Of a DNA stretch of 64,000 nucleotides, positions 35,501 through 49,183 are shown one piece after another; position 1 is the first letter of the stretch; every line of letters starts with the position of its first letter. Position numbers and translations under genes: made by a program. This DNA is from Paragordius varius (lineage: Eukaryota; Animalia; Nematomorpha): assembly GCA_964247055.1 (NCBI GenBank), contig OZ176056.1, positions 5,022,001 through 5,086,000 of the forward strand. Direction: 5' to 3'. The notes beneath the pieces are model-generated. The model was given only the letters and a program-made list of their open reading frames with translations, was not told the DNA's origin and ran no database searches.

Positions 35501-38500
35501 GGTGATTTAAAGCATATATTTAAGGTAGGGGTACATTAATATTTGAAGGGCTGAGGTTAAACGCTTGAAGATAAAGTGAAAAAATATAATAAATAAGGAA
35601 TGAAACAGTTGGTTATTTATTGAAACTAAAGGAGAATTTTGATCAAGATTGAAGGTCATGACCACTAATAAATAGGTGATTTATGTAATATTTATAATAA
35701 CTTTTAAATATTTATTTTTTGAAATAAAATTAAAAAAATTAAATCCGGCGCCCCCTCAACTGCGCCTGGTGCATCAGCCCCCCTTTCCACCCCCATAGCT
35801 TCGCCACTGAGAATATGAAATATTTAGGTTAATTCTAGAAAAATTATAACTTTGTCTCATATATTAACCCAACTTTCTTTCGAAACCGATTATATTGAGT
35901 TAGGAGAGACAGATGATATAAGCATTTAGTGTATCTTCCTACAAGACATGATAAAGCGAATTATTTAATATAATATATAGACGAAATACTTTAATGGGCT
36001 GAGGTTAACTAACCTCGAGCCACTTATGATGTAATTTTACCAATTTTTATAACTTAAGTTTGCGATGATTATTGATTGTTGAAATTTACTGCTTTTTATT
36101 TTTTATATCGTCTTAACCAAAGCACTTTTAAAGTTATATTATACCTCAAGATATATTTCATTTATAAATGAAATATCATAATAGTAATGAAAAAATCGTA
36201 CTTTGCCCTATTTTTCGGCTTGATATAGAAAAAATGCCATTTTTTAATTAAAAAATAGTAAAATGCAATTAATTTATTTTATTAGATAACTTACTGCAAT
36301 ATATCTTTTATTGATTTTAGGTACTATGTATTAATAACTTTGGCAATATTTAATAATATACCAATATATTTCTAACATCGATACTCGCGTGTTCACGACT
36401 TATGTCTTTTTACCCTATAATTTGATCATTAAAAAACATTAGAATGTTAATTGCAATTTAATGGGTTAAAGTCGATACGGCTTATGAGGTCCCTTTTGGT
36501 AAAAAGTGATTAAAATATGGAATAAACACTAAGCATATGGAATTAAGATTCAAATTTAATTATAAAACGCAAAATTGATTGCATTTGAATATATATTAGA
36601 GTTGGAACTCAATCCTTGGTAAAATAGCGGATGAAATCGTACAAAAGGCTTTTGTTAGATTTTTAAGTGATGTAGATAAATTGTTCCTGCCCATGGACAA
36701 ATTCTCAACCTATGCCAACCTGGATTATTATTATGGAAATACAGTTAATTGGTCTGGCATTGTGGATCAGTGGGCAAACAACCATATCTTTACTTATCAT
36801 GATGACGATTATTATTCTAATGTTCGAGAGTTTATGCAGGTTGTTTAATTTACACTTTCACACAATATTTTCTCCTTATCAACAAAAACAAAATTTTAAG
36901 CTATACTTTTTAACTGTAAAATGCAACATATGCATAACCGGTAACCATAGATGGTTAATATGCCGCTCTCCGTGTATTAAGTTTGAAATATTAAATTTAT
37001 CATATAAATTTTAAAAGGTAAGAAACGGTCCTACGCGCGAAATTGGATGTGCAATAGATATCGACGCCAAAAGAGTATTATGCCTCTATAATCCAGGGTA
37101 ACCTTTTACATTTTTAACACATTAATATGTATGTTTTGAATTGAATAGGGTTTAATTCGCCAGAGGAAGAATAAAAAGCAACCAAATTGCTCAAATTTTA
37201 GAAATTATTTTATTTCCATTTATTAAAAATTAAAACTTTTTGATGTTAATATGCAAAATTTAAACATGTACTATATTAGACATATTTTTAATCAATTTTA
37301 AAAAGAAATTAATTGTTATGATTTTGACTATTTGTTAATAGATTATGTATTATAACACAGTGCACACAACTAAAATATCCTCAGGAAAATATTTAATTTG
37401 ATATAAAAATGTCGAGACTATGTTTTGATTTTGGGGCTTAAGAAAAGTAATTTGCTCTTTTTTATCAATAGTCTATATCAGGTTCAACTTTTGTAGTTCC
37501 CGACCCCATTTATGATTGCGAGTTTCTTAACGACCCCAACAAATGTAATAGAAAAATAATAGTTTCTTCGAAATAACACTTAAAAATTTTGTTGATAATA
37601 TTATCAGGATCATTTCGGTTTTAAGAGATCGACAAAAATAAATCTACATTTTTTATAAATTTCTATAACATTTTCTGATTCATAGTGAATTAATACAAGA
37701 TAATAGCTGGCCCTGTCCTTCGGTGTGGGGTAGTTTCACCGATAATTATTCTTAATAATTTGCAATAAATAGAGTTAATGCAGATAAAAAATAATAATAA
37801 ACATATTCAATAAAAAATGCCTTTAATCGTTCTTTTTCGAGTTTTTTCATAGGCTGAAATATTGTGTACTCGAAATTGACCATATTTAATATGCCCTAAT
37901 TAATGTTTACTACTATCTTTGGATTTATTTTGAATATTAGTTTTACGAAATGGTAAAAAGTTTTAATTTAAAATAGTGTTCATACAGCTGGGATCAAAGG
38001 ATATCATTTGTGGTCCCTTAAGGGAAAGAATGTTATTATATAAATTTCCCAGTAATGTTTTTAACTGAACTCGTATGGCTTCTTAGTTTTTTGAAAATTA
38101 GCTCCAATACTATTCCAATTTTGTATGGCGTCTCAGTTTAAACCGGGACTCCTACACGTAGGCCTATATGGAAAAAGCGCTAAGTTAATTTTTTTGCCTT
38201 TATAGGGAAAATATTGGGAATCATCTTTAAGACCATCGTTTCATGGGTAATTCGAAATAATATCTCAAAACTATATAATCGTTAAATGATGGCATTTTAG
38301 GGCATAAAGGCCCCAAATTAACGGCTAATAAAAAACCCGACCTGAATAAATCGAATCCTCAGTGAACTTTATTGGTCTCATACCCAGAAAAAATTATTTA
38401 GTTTTTTTGAAAAAAATGGCATTTTACGGGGGGAACGGGTAAAAAGAGAGCCTAAATTAAAAAGTAAGCTACTAGGTTTGGCGCAATCGAAAAAAAAAGT

Positions 38501-41500
38501 AAAATTAATTATATTTGAAATCGAATGATCCAACACGTTTTCCGGAAAATTGTCTCAGAGTAACGATTTTTCTGGACTTCTGTGTTCAAAAAAATCCGTT
38601 TTTTACAATGGGGTGGGCCCGAATTGGGAGCCTAATTCAAAAAAAGGGCAAAGCTATTGTCGGGACATTCATCATTGATTATATTTTTTGACATTTGGAT
38701 TTGAATGGGTCCGGTTATCCGGAAACAGATCACAAAGCCAGCATTTTTCATTTTTATAAATATATAGATTATAATGATCGGAAAAGAAATGCTGGTATAA
38801 ACAGCCTTTCCGAACCAGAAGATTTTATGTTAAATTTATCTACGATAATCGTTATTTTTCTTTATAACAATAATTTTACAATTAAAAAAACAGTTTTTGT
38901 AAATTATATTTTTATCACTCGCGACCCCATAATTTTGATAGGCGACCCCAAATGGGGTCGCGACCCATAGTTTAAGAAGCCCTGGTCTATATCAATATAT
39001 CGCAATTTATTCCAAATATTTAAAATATATCAACTATATTTGAAAAGTCAAATAATAATAATATTTTTTAAATTTTAGAAGTAGGCTCCAAAAGTCCCAA
39101 ATTTTTGGACCTGTAAGATGGGCTAGCATTCTATTATTAGGCGCAATAATGTCAAGACTGAGCCAAGTCTGATATATGCTTTTGACACCAATAGATAAAA
39201 TTAAAAAATGTAAACTTATCCTCAAAATTTATTTAGTAGCCTACTTTATGAAAACAGTATAAAAACATCTAAGATATTATAGCACTTTTTTTCTATAATT
39301 CGAAGATGCTGTACATCTCTTTAAATTCAATTTTATTGAAAGTTTCGTTCTCTTTCAGAATTGGTTAATTTGAAAAAAAAAATTGATTTTGTAGTTATCA
39401 CAGTTGTGGTTCTGCTCGATATCGAATCGAAAAATTAGACCACTTTATATCAAAAAATTGTTTTTGGTATAAATAAAATTAAATATATATAAGTTTAACT
39501 GTTAAGGCTAGAAGGTATAAACGCTTTGATAGTATTTTTTTCGACTTTAAATTTATTAGGTCTGGTTCTTTCTCACTTAACTTATATCGTTATAGTTTAT
39601 CTTTCTTTCATTAACCTTTTAAATTTAAATAATTTTCTTAAAGAAATAAATATGAATTTCTTGGTTGTATCATTAGCACACAGAATCCGATAAAATATGG
39701 CTTATATTGAATTTTAAGGATATAGCTCAATTTTTTAGACAAAAACATTAATAATATTGGCGCGATAAAGTTTTGGAAACTACATAATAAAAATGCCATT
39801 GAATGGGCAAATATATTTGCTTCGAGGTAAACCTTATAAAAGGTAATTATGTGTTATAAATATAGAAATATATAAAAAAATATAATCAAATATATAAACC
39901 TTACCTTTTATCAAATTCGGGAGTCACAAGATCGTTGAAAGAATATCTATGAGAAGGCTAAGAGACGCCACATGACCAGCCTCTAACAAACACAATTACG
40001 CAATATATACCATTTGCACTCTTTAAGAGTGTCCTTGAACACTTCAAGTCTTGAACAGTTCAAGTTGGTTCTGGAACATTTCAAGTTGGTCCTTGAACAC
40101 TTCGGTCCTTAAAATTTATAAATTTTGAATTAACCATAATTTTTGCACTTATTTTTTTATTTTATTATTTATTAACCTAATTTTCTTTATTAAATAAAAA
40201 ATTTTATTGAAAAACCACCTTTTGGTTTCAAACAATTTTTTTTAAATTTAACAAAATTATTGACTTTTAAATGTTTTTAATGAAAAATTTTAATTATATA
40301 ACCCAGAAAACTTATATATTTTTTCATTTCGTAAAATCTTATAAACATCCAAAATTATTATAAGAAACTAATAAATATATACGGTTTCTCAAAGATTAAA
40401 AGTTGATATAGATTAAAAATTTATGTTGAATAATAGAAAATAGGTTAAAAACAATAAAATAGATGAATTATTTACGATTTGGTTATAAAAGTTAAAAACA
40501 AAACAAAAAAGTCAAAGGACCAACTTGAAGTGTTCAAGGACCAACTTGAAATGTTCAAGGACCATCTTGAACTGTTCAGGGACCAACTTGAATTGTTCAA
40601 GGGCCAACTTAAAATGTTCAAGGACCAACTTGAAGTGTTTAAGGACACTCTTGAAGTGCAAATTGTATAGATATATTTATCTACATAACATTTGCGATAA
40701 CTAACATGTCAAACACGCTAAAAACGTGAAAATTACATTATAAATCTCTTTACAATTTGAAATGTAAGATGTTAGTAATATAAAGTTTAAATCTATTGGT
40801 TTAATGGTAATGACCCTCAAATTTGGTTTTCAAAACTCACACATCATAAACAGACCTCTAATATAGATGGATGATATAATCGGTATAATGATATATTTAA
40901 AATTATTATGGATTAATCTTAGGGGTTTCAACACAAATGGCTTTGCCATCCCCATTTTTAATCCAAAAATTACAACGAGCCGCATTTGAAATATATATGT
41001 GTATTTAAAAATAATTTATTAGATTTCATAAAAAGGCTTCAAAAAGAAAACTATATGAAACAATTTTTCTCATTCTTGCTTTTTAGATATATCTATATAA
41101 AAAATTGTCTAAGAAATATCAATTTTACCAAAATTTTTGAACATGTGTTTTGCAAATTATAGTTCCATAGTTTTTGCGGGCCGAACAAAGAGCTTCGAGG
41201 CCGCGTGGCCACCCCTGATTTAAACCATTCCCTTATAAGGTAACTTATTGGCTCGCAAGGAAAGAGAGTCCACATAAGTTAGGGCTTCTTAATAAAATAA
41301 ACATAATCGAACCCTCTTTTTAATAGGTTGTTTTAAATTTTATTCTATTTTTCAGATGTAATAAAATAACAAATATATCTTTATTATTTGGCTTTCTAAA
41401 TAAATTGTAGCATAGGTGATATTATTAATATGGTTCAAGAACTTTGATAACTATTTCTAACTTATTAAAATGTCACTTACATCGTTTATTAGATTGATAA

Positions 41501-42295
41501 AAAATGTTATCAAGCCCTACCAAATATCGGATAGTCAATCTTGTTCGGGCTGCTTAGTTGGTGGAGAGTGCGTCCAAAGTGGCCCCTATGCAGGGAAACT
41601 TTTAGAAACTTGTGGTAAACCAAATAATAAAATATTTTAATCTCCTTTGACTATGTTGTAAACGCTTTCTATTATATATGTATACCATTTACAGCTCAAA
41701 TTCACCCTTGAGCAATTCAAATTTACCCTTGAATAATCAAATCACCCTAAAAATAAGTTATGTGTTTTCGGAATAATATAATTCATTTATAAATTATTTC
41801 GTTATGGCATATTCTATCAGTAAAATGTGTATTTTAAACGGAATTTCATTTTCGAAAAATATAAAAAAATATAGGCAATTCTTAATATTCAAAAACACAT
41901 AATTTGTTTCATAGTGATATGAATTCAATTGTGTATTTGAATTTTTTGAAGTCCAATATAAATTGTTCAAGGGGGAATTTAAGCTGTAAATGGTTTATTT
42001 ACAAATAGAACGTATGTGTACAGCAAACTTCCCATTTTGCAAACGTATTACGCGCAAAAACAAGGAGGTACTGTGTAATCTTCCCTTTTATAAGGATCAT
42101 TGCGACCTTATTTGTGAACCTAGATGTAGGAAAGATGACTTTATTTATAAACAGGAGAACTTTTGCCAAGATGATATCGAAGATTGTGAATCTAAAATTA
42201 ATGCATGCTCTGGTTATTTCCGCAGATGCAGGAAAACATGTGGGAAATGTAATTCAACAATTGGCGAATTATTAAAAAATGAAATTGATTATTAG
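32522..42295 (+). CDS. Secreted CAP/SCP (CRISP/VAL-like) protein with two C-terminal ShK domains
   Basis: Exons 32522-32582 (signal MMFNYLFRIIVSIIFLTGHHG), 32610-32707 (DRHNFHRA..PPSNAMFKL), 36600-36839 (SWNSILGKIA...YANL...IVDQW...EFMQ), 37018-37097 (TREIGCA...VLCLYNPG), 41493-41614 (KPY...SCSGC...EC), 42009-42295 (two six-Cys ShK units). All junction phases are compatible. Confidence 0.85.
32583..32609 (+). other. 27-nt intron (CAP gene intron 1)
   Basis: GTACTCAATTTAAGTAATTTTTAACAG with in-frame TAA; removal fuses the signal peptide to the CAP domain. Confidence 0.75.
33314..35809. mobile_element. Non-coding hAT element (2.5 kb) in a CAP gene intron
   Basis: TIRs TAGAGGCGTAGCT / AGCTTCGCCACTG; perfect 8-bp TSD AGAATATG (33306-33313 and 35810-35817); no transposase frame seen. 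Confidence 0.85.
34250..35365. mobile_element. Foldback-type element with ~300-bp inverted arms
   Basis: ATATGCGGTTAAAATAC and GATTTACAAGAATATAAGCTAAAAAATG (left) mirror 35040-35350; a further arm copy lies at ~29020-29290. Confidence 0.7.
40006..40669. mobile_element. TIR element with inverted arrays of a 21-bp repeat
   Basis: Ends TATACCATTTGCACT / AGTGCAAATTGTATA; 7 units of AAGGACCAACTTGAAnTGTTC at 40515-40661 and ~4 reverse-complement units at 40028-40110. Confidence 0.8.
40920..41217. mobile_element. hAT-type MITE (~300 bp)
   Basis: Ends TAGGGGTTTCAAC / GTGGCCACCCCTG with GC-rich subterminal GCGGGCCG motifs; related to 28134. Confidence 0.55.
41685..41993. mobile_element. MITE with ~33-bp TIRs in a CAP gene intron
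   Basis: CCATTTACAGCTCAAATTCACCCTTGAGCAATT / AATTGTTCAAGGGGGAATTTAAGCTGTAAATGG. Confidence 0.75.
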
Positions 42296-43229
42296 GCATA
42301 TGCACAATGTTACTTTATTATAAATTTATGCAGTATAATATCATTTTATTAGGTTTAGATTAAATAATTGATTTTAAATTTTATAGCTTTACAAGCGCAA
42401 CTAAAATTACTTGAGAGGAGCTAATTGTTGCAAAACCAAGGTGTTTAATTACGTTAATTATCAGTTATCAACTAAATGATGTGAGTCGGAAAATTTTCAG
42501 CAACGTGCCAATAAAAGCACCCTTTCCCATAAATCCTAAAAATTTAGGACGTTGAGATCAGGGATCGATAAACGCCAATTAAAATAAATGCCATTATATA
42601 AAATAACTATGATTAAGCCATAATATATAAATAACTGTATTTACAATTTAATACTGTGGCAAGGGATACATATTAATGTTAGTTCCTAGGCCTGAAACTA
42701 ATGAATAATATAAGTTTATTTGCTAAAATATATATCAATCAATAATATATTACATTGAAAAACTTATGTTTTTAAAGATTTTGTTCATTATTACCAGAGT
42801 CTATTTTGATGGCACTAAATTTAAATCAAACAGTTGTTCTGAAATAATAAATCAAATATTTGCAGTCATTGCAAATTTTAAAATTAATTAATTTTATTTT
42901 GTAAGCATTAAATATATACTAGTTTATATACGATTTAAACATAAAGGTACACAAAAAACATTTGGCCTAAAAATATATGAATTTTTAATTAATTTTTAAA
43001 AATATTTTTTTGTGTAGTGCGTCAAGAAAGCCAATGAAAGCATATTTTTTGAATTGAGCACAATACCATAGCTAAGTAATTTGTGTTTGATATCGCTGAA
43101 AAATATAACACTTTTCCAGTAGGTTTGAAAGTATTATATCATTTATTCAAATTACCGTACAATCCGCTGATTATTTTACTTCTAAAGATTTAAACATAAT
43201 GGATAACACGAGAAATTAAATTTTAACTT

Positions 43230-44070
43230 TTTTAATTGCCATTCTTAAAATTTATTTCAATAAAGCCCATAAATAGTATATCCGAAAAAAAATTGGTACA
43301 ATTAGTATTTATAGATTGGGCCCGAATTAACAATAAACTCAAAATTTTTAAAATTAAAAGTTTTAAATATAGAGTCATGCATTTTCTATCCGAAAAAGCG
43401 CAAAAAATGAATCTTTAGACTGGTAGTAAGCCATTTAACTCAACCTGATGTAAACGTTATTTGACTTTTTATGGTGAAAATAATCCTAAAATAAGTCAAA
43501 GATTTTCATCGATAAATCAATTTAAATTATATAAATTATTTCAATATAAATATTATGGTTACATTAGTATTTAATTTAAAAAATATCTTTGAAAAAGCTT
43601 TTGGTTTCTTTTTTTCTTAAATATTATTAATATCATAATTATTTTGCCTAATGCATAGTTAAATGTATTACATTATGGCTATAACAGATCAAGAATACCT
43701 TAAACTATAATCTGGTCGTTAAAATTTTGAAATTATAAGCTTTCTAAAGAAAATAATATTAATATGGTATAAAAAAATATAAAATTAAAAATGGCGCTTT
43801 AGAGTGACAAAAAAGCAATAAATAAGTGTTTTGATCAAATAACTCTCTTGTGTTATCTTTTTTGGGGATGATTCATTGCCATCTACACAAAGTTTGAGCT
43901 AATTTTATCGATTGGTTTTAAAAATATATTAGTTAAAAACATGCTCTCGCTTCGCGGGTTTGTCGCTTCTATGTCCAATGTTAACTATCGATGTAAAACA
44001 TATTAGTATGCATTTTATAGAATTTTTTATTACTCTTTCGAATGATATATTAAAATGGTCATTTTTTGAT
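43230..44070. repeat. Interspersed repeat (inverted copy ~59930-60750)
   Basis: Blocks such as GTCGCTTCTATGTCCAATGTTAACTATCGATGTAA and AAAAGCGCAAAAAATGAATCTTT match the reverse complement in the DDX55 intron. Confidence 0.7.
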
Positions 44071-45029
44071 TTCAAAGAATAACATTTTTTAAAATTTAAA
44101 TAAAGAGGGGAGCGGTAGAATATTGTCCAGTGTAATTATATTTTTGAGACGATCTGATCTACCTTTGTCAGAAAGATTCACTATCGATGATAATAAGGTC
44201 TCCTTTGCGAGACCGTTTTAAGTTATACCTCGAACAGGGATTGCTCAGGATAAAATATCAGGCATCCACCCCAAAACGCTAAAGCGGCCTGGTAACCATC
44301 ATAATCAACAGTCAGTGGCTCTATTTTTAACTTTCTATATAATTATAAAAATGTATCATTCGGGTAGTTGGATACCCCGGGTTTTTTTGAATTTAATGTT
44401 TCAAAATATGAAATAGATTAAATGGCAAAAGTTTGCACTTGTAAATGCACCGAAATATATAGAAATCATTCAAAAATTCTTGATATTTATTAAGGTAAAA
44501 CACAAAGGCAAAAATTTAGTGAACGTGACATGTTTGCATTATCTAAAATTAAAAATAATACAAAATAAACCATTTTTTCTGTTTCTATCAATGTTAGATG
44601 GGATATAAAAAAAATAGCTTTAATTTTAGCTCTAAAATAAAATAGCAGGTAGTTTTATTTGGAACTTTTTTTCCCAAACCAAATTTATTTCGGCTTATTT
44701 ATATAATTTTTATTAGGAAAGAAGCACAATTAGCTTTTAAAATATAACAACTCGATTTTGTTGGTAGTACCGCGTGAATTTTGTGCTTTTTTGCGCACGG
44801 CGGAGAGAGAGAGAGAACCAAGAACGGCTCCAGACCGGCCCACGCCGAATCCTTCGACGCACCCCAATTTAAAAAGTGTTTACTTATATTGAATTTATAG
44901 GTTATTTGGAATTTTATTCTCAGGGTCACTAGTGGCCCCTGACATCTAAATAGATATTATAAAAAAACTAGGAAAAGACGGTTTAAATTGGTTATCGTAT
45001 AAAAATTTAAATAATTTTATTTATGAAAT

Positions 45030-47710
45030 AGAGACTCGTTACCTCGGAAATGGGGCAAGGACTTTGGAAGATATCGATTATATTACTCGGGTGAAAGTGA
45101 CGGACGAAATGGAGTGGCAGTTATCATAAATCCCAAATTGTCCAATCAGGTTAAAGAGATTAGACGCTATAACAGCCAAATCATGAATTTGGATATTTTG
45201 GTAGGTAACGAGGTAACGGTATTCGGTATATATGCCCCGCAAATAGGTTTACCAAAACAAAAAAGGGAGGGATTTTACGAGACTCTAGATGAAAAATTAG
45301 TCGCTCTCCCTCAATTCAGAATTAAGTTTTTATGTGGGGATTTTAATCGTCATCTTGGTTCAAGTAGGGAATCTTTTGATATATGGCACGGGGGACATTC
45401 TTATGGAGAAAGAAACGAGGAAGGAATTAATTTGCTTAGATTTGCACAATCTCACAATTTGGCGATAGCGAACACGTTTTTCGAAAAAAGAGAGAATCAT
45501 CTAGTAACTTACAAAAGCGGCATAAACAAATCTCATATAGATTTTATATCAATCCCAAGAGACTTACTGAAGCTTGTATTAGAGTGTAAGGTCGTGCCAA
45601 ACTTAGAGATTAGTTCGCAACATAATTCACTTATTTGTAAATTTTTTGAGAAAGAAAAGTCTAAACAAATTGTTCCTTGCTCAAAAAGATTAAAAACTAT
45701 AAAGTGGGAGAAATTATCTGAAAAAAAGCATGCTTTTATAAAAGAAATACGGTTATCCGACGATGGTGGGTTAAATGGTGAGTGAGATAAAGTAAGCCAG
45801 TTAATGTAAAAGGCAGGAACTCTAGTTTGTTAAAGGCGGAAAATCTCAAGTATACAGAGAGGCTTGGCTTTACTGTGAAAGAATAATATTGATGTCACGA
45901 AAAAAAGGTAAGGCTTTTGACAAATGGAGACATACAAGGAATGATGATGATAGAGATAAGTATAAAAGTTTAAATAAATTAGTCGGCCAGGTTAAGAAAG
46001 AAAAGATGAATTTATTTTATGATGAGTTAAATAGTAAACAAAGTTTAAACAAAGTGTATAAAGTTGCACAGCAAAAGAATAAACGCAGGATGGATGTGCC
46101 AGGTTATGCGACTGCAATAAAAGGAAAAGATGGAAACTTGCTGTGCGAAAATGTAGAAATATTAAAAAGATGGAAAGAGTACTTTGTGAGTTTAGATGAA
46201 GGGGTAGGCGAGATATTTTTGCCAAAGACAATTAAAGCTACTGATAGAACAATAGAAGCAATTACAGAAAAGGAGGTAGAATCCAATTTGTTAGAAATGC
46301 CAAACAACAAGGCTGTATGATCGGACGACATAATTATAAATTGTTGGAAAGTGCTTGGAAACGCTGGAGTAAATTGCTTGGAGCGTGTTTTTAATAAAAT
46401 TGTTTCAACTCATATAATCTCGGTTGAATGGGAGGAAAGTTTAACTGTGCCTTTATTTAAAAGAAAAGGTGATATAAATGAATGTAGTAATTATAGAGGG
46501 ATAAAACTAATGTCGCACACCATGAAATTGTTTTTTAAAAATAATTGAAAAGCGAATCAGGAAAATCATATCTATAGAAGGAAATCAATTTGGTTTCATG
46601 CCAGGAAAGTCAACAGTAAACCCTATACATGCGGTTAGGAGGTTGATTAAACACATTGAAAAAAAAAGAAAGAATTAGAGGGGTTTTAATTGACATAGAG
46701 AAGGCTTTGACAGGATTCCTAGAGACAATATTTGGTGGAGTCTCCGTCGTAAAAAGGTGCCAGAAAGTTATATTAAGTTGTTACAAATAATGTACGAATC
46801 CCACACCTCCAGGATTAAAACCCCACAAGGTTTATCAGAGCCCTTTTCAATAAAGCATGGAGTCTACCAAGGCTCATCACTCAGCCCCTTATTGTTTATA
46901 TTTTATATGGACGAAGTGGCCAAAATTGTTAATGTGAGGTCAGGTTGGTACTTAATGTATGCAGATGACATAATCATCTTGTCTGATTCATTAAGTGAGT
47001 TAAAGCGAAAGGTAAACAGGTGGGTTGTTATACTGGATCAATACGGTCTGAAAGTAAACAAAGCAAAAACCGTTATTACGTTTAGGGGTCCACAACATGA
47101 AATGGTAGTTGATGATAGTTGGGTTCTAAAGGGTAAAAAAAGTTGCAATATTTGGCTATTTTAAGTTCAGATGGTTCGTTGACCGATGATATTAATTTAT
47201 GAATAAAGATCAGCTGGGTAAATTGGAAAAAAATTTCGAGCGTGTTAAGCGATCGAAATATTGATGTTAGAGTGAAAGGTAAGATTTACAGTTCAGTTGT
47301 CCAGCCCTTAATGATGTATAATTCACAGACGTGGGGTGTCAAAAAATCCGAAGAAAGACATTTTAACGTGACGGAAAGGAAAACTTAGAATGACGTGTGG
47401 GGTAATAAGAAAGGACAAAATTGAGAACAGATTTATTCGTGGGAGCACAGATATTCCAATAGTGGAAAGAATGTCAAAAAATAGGCTACGTTGGTTCGGA
47501 CACATTGAAAGGAGAGATTCTAATTATATTGCAAAAATATAGATAGTCATATAGTTGAGGGAAAGCGAGGACGTGGGCGGCCTAAAACGAAATGGATAGA
47601 TACAGTAAAAAGAGAGATAGCAGAATAACAGCTTATTGCATAGGACGCCATAGATAGAGTTCTATGGCAAGACAGGTTGTATAACATGACCACTCTCACG
47701 AGTGAAAACA
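45030..47710 (+). mobile_element. RTE-clade LINE, near full length, frameshifted
   Basis: APE endonuclease (YSGESDGRNGVAV, IYAPQ, CGDFN, NTFF, HIDF, SQHN), RT (NYRGIKLMSHTMK, QGSSLSPLLF, YADD) and RTE C-terminus (RLRWFGHIERR...GRPKTKW). A GC-richer 5' region may start at ~44790. Confidence 0.9.
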
Positions 47711-47819
47711 TGTATTTTATAATGAAATAAAACCTTGTATCAAACAACTTCAAAGCCAGTTTGATTTAGCAAAATATTGTGCTATTTTATTCTATGGTTA
47801 AAATTAAAGTTTCAATTAA

Positions 47820-48374
47820 CACTTGGATACAACACGCTCATTTCAGTCCTTCGATTCGAATTGGGGTAGTTAGATACCCCATGCCTGTTTAAAATAAATT
47901 TCTGAAAAAAATATGAAAGCAATCGAAACCATGGCAAAATTTTGCACGAAATAAAAAAAATCTTATTCAAAAATACTTGATAATAATTATTTTAAGTTAA
48001 AGCCAAAGGCAAAAATTTAGACAACGTGACATGTGTGGAATGGTAAAATTGAAAAATAACGCAAAATAAATAGCCTTTTCTATTTCTAACAATTTATGAT
48101 GTAATTTAAATAAAAAATTAGTTTTATATTTACCCTTAAAATAAAATGATGAGGATATTTTGCAAAAATTTTGTAAAATAAAAATGGCGTCGGATTAGTT
48201 TGACATGGAATTTTTCAAAACAAAATCTTATTTAGATATTTTTGTTTATTTATATAATTTTTATTAAGATAGAAGCATAAATTTAAATTAAAACCGTTTC
48301 CTTCAGTAGCTTTTTAAAAATACCAATTTAAATTTAGTCTGGGGTATTTAGATACCCCAATTTGAATCGAAGTG
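47820..48374 (+). mobile_element. piggyBac-like MITE, copy A
   Basis: TTAA flanks on both sides, CACTT...AAGTG ends, subterminal GGGGTA(G/T)TTAGATACCCC inverted motif; partial copy at ~44381-44730. Confidence 0.75.
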
Positions 48375-48630
48375 TTAAACATCTGTCAATATGAACAAAA
48401 AATGATTAAATATATCTATTGATCCAATTCAGAGCCATGGTAATTTTTATTCGTTTATCTATAAAATAAGTGTTATTAAATTTGTTTAAGAATGATTATT
48501 TTTTATAAATCGGTTCAATGTTATGTAACTGCAACTTCCGAGTTTTTACATATTTTTGTTAATATATAATTTTAAACAGGTTTAGGGCCACTAGTTATCC
48601 CAATTATAGGAGTGGTTGTGCAAGTGTTAT

Positions 48631-49183
48631 CACTTGGATTCGAATTCGGGTATCTAAATACCCCAGGCTAAATTTGATTTAGGATTTTTAAAGAACTACT
48701 GGAGGGAACGGCTCAATTTGAATTTATGCTTCTATCCTAATAAAAATTACATAAATATGGCAAAATATCTAAATAAAATTTTGTTTTGAAAAAAAAGTTC
48801 CATATCAAACTACTTCGACGCCATTTTTATTTTACGTTTGCAAAATATCATCTTCGTTTAATTTAAAAGGTAAAATTAAAGCTAATTTTTTATTTAAATT
48901 ACATCCATTAATAGAAATAGAAAAAGCGGTTTATTCTGTTTTATTTTTCAATTTTACCATTGCACACATGTCACGTTGATTATATTTTTACCTTTCGGTT
49001 TTAGCTTAAAATAATTAATATGAATTATTTTTGAATAAAATTTTTTTTATATATAACAGTTTAAGGGGAAAATTTTGCCATAGTTTCAATTCCTTCCATA
49101 TTTTTTAAAAAATTTATTAAACAGGGTATTTAACTACCCCAATTTGAATCGAAGGACTAAAATGAATGTGTTGTATCCAAGTG
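48631..49183 (-). mobile_element. piggyBac-like MITE, copy B (inverted relative to A)
   Basis: Reverse complement of copy A along its length; flanks TTAT / TTAA. Confidence 0.75.

Noticed and set aside
35981-36030. Candidate CAP exon (YFNGLR) with similar short motifs near 35542 and 36457
   Set aside because: Exon 32610-32707 supplies the true HN..R...M..L segment and splices in phase to 36600.
40479-40670. ORF with a perfect heptad repeat (KDQLEVF)n resembling a leucine zipper; also superficially CRISPR-like
   Set aside because: It is the translation of a 21-bp tandem array mirrored at 40028-40110 inside a TIR element. There are no unique spacers and no cas genes.
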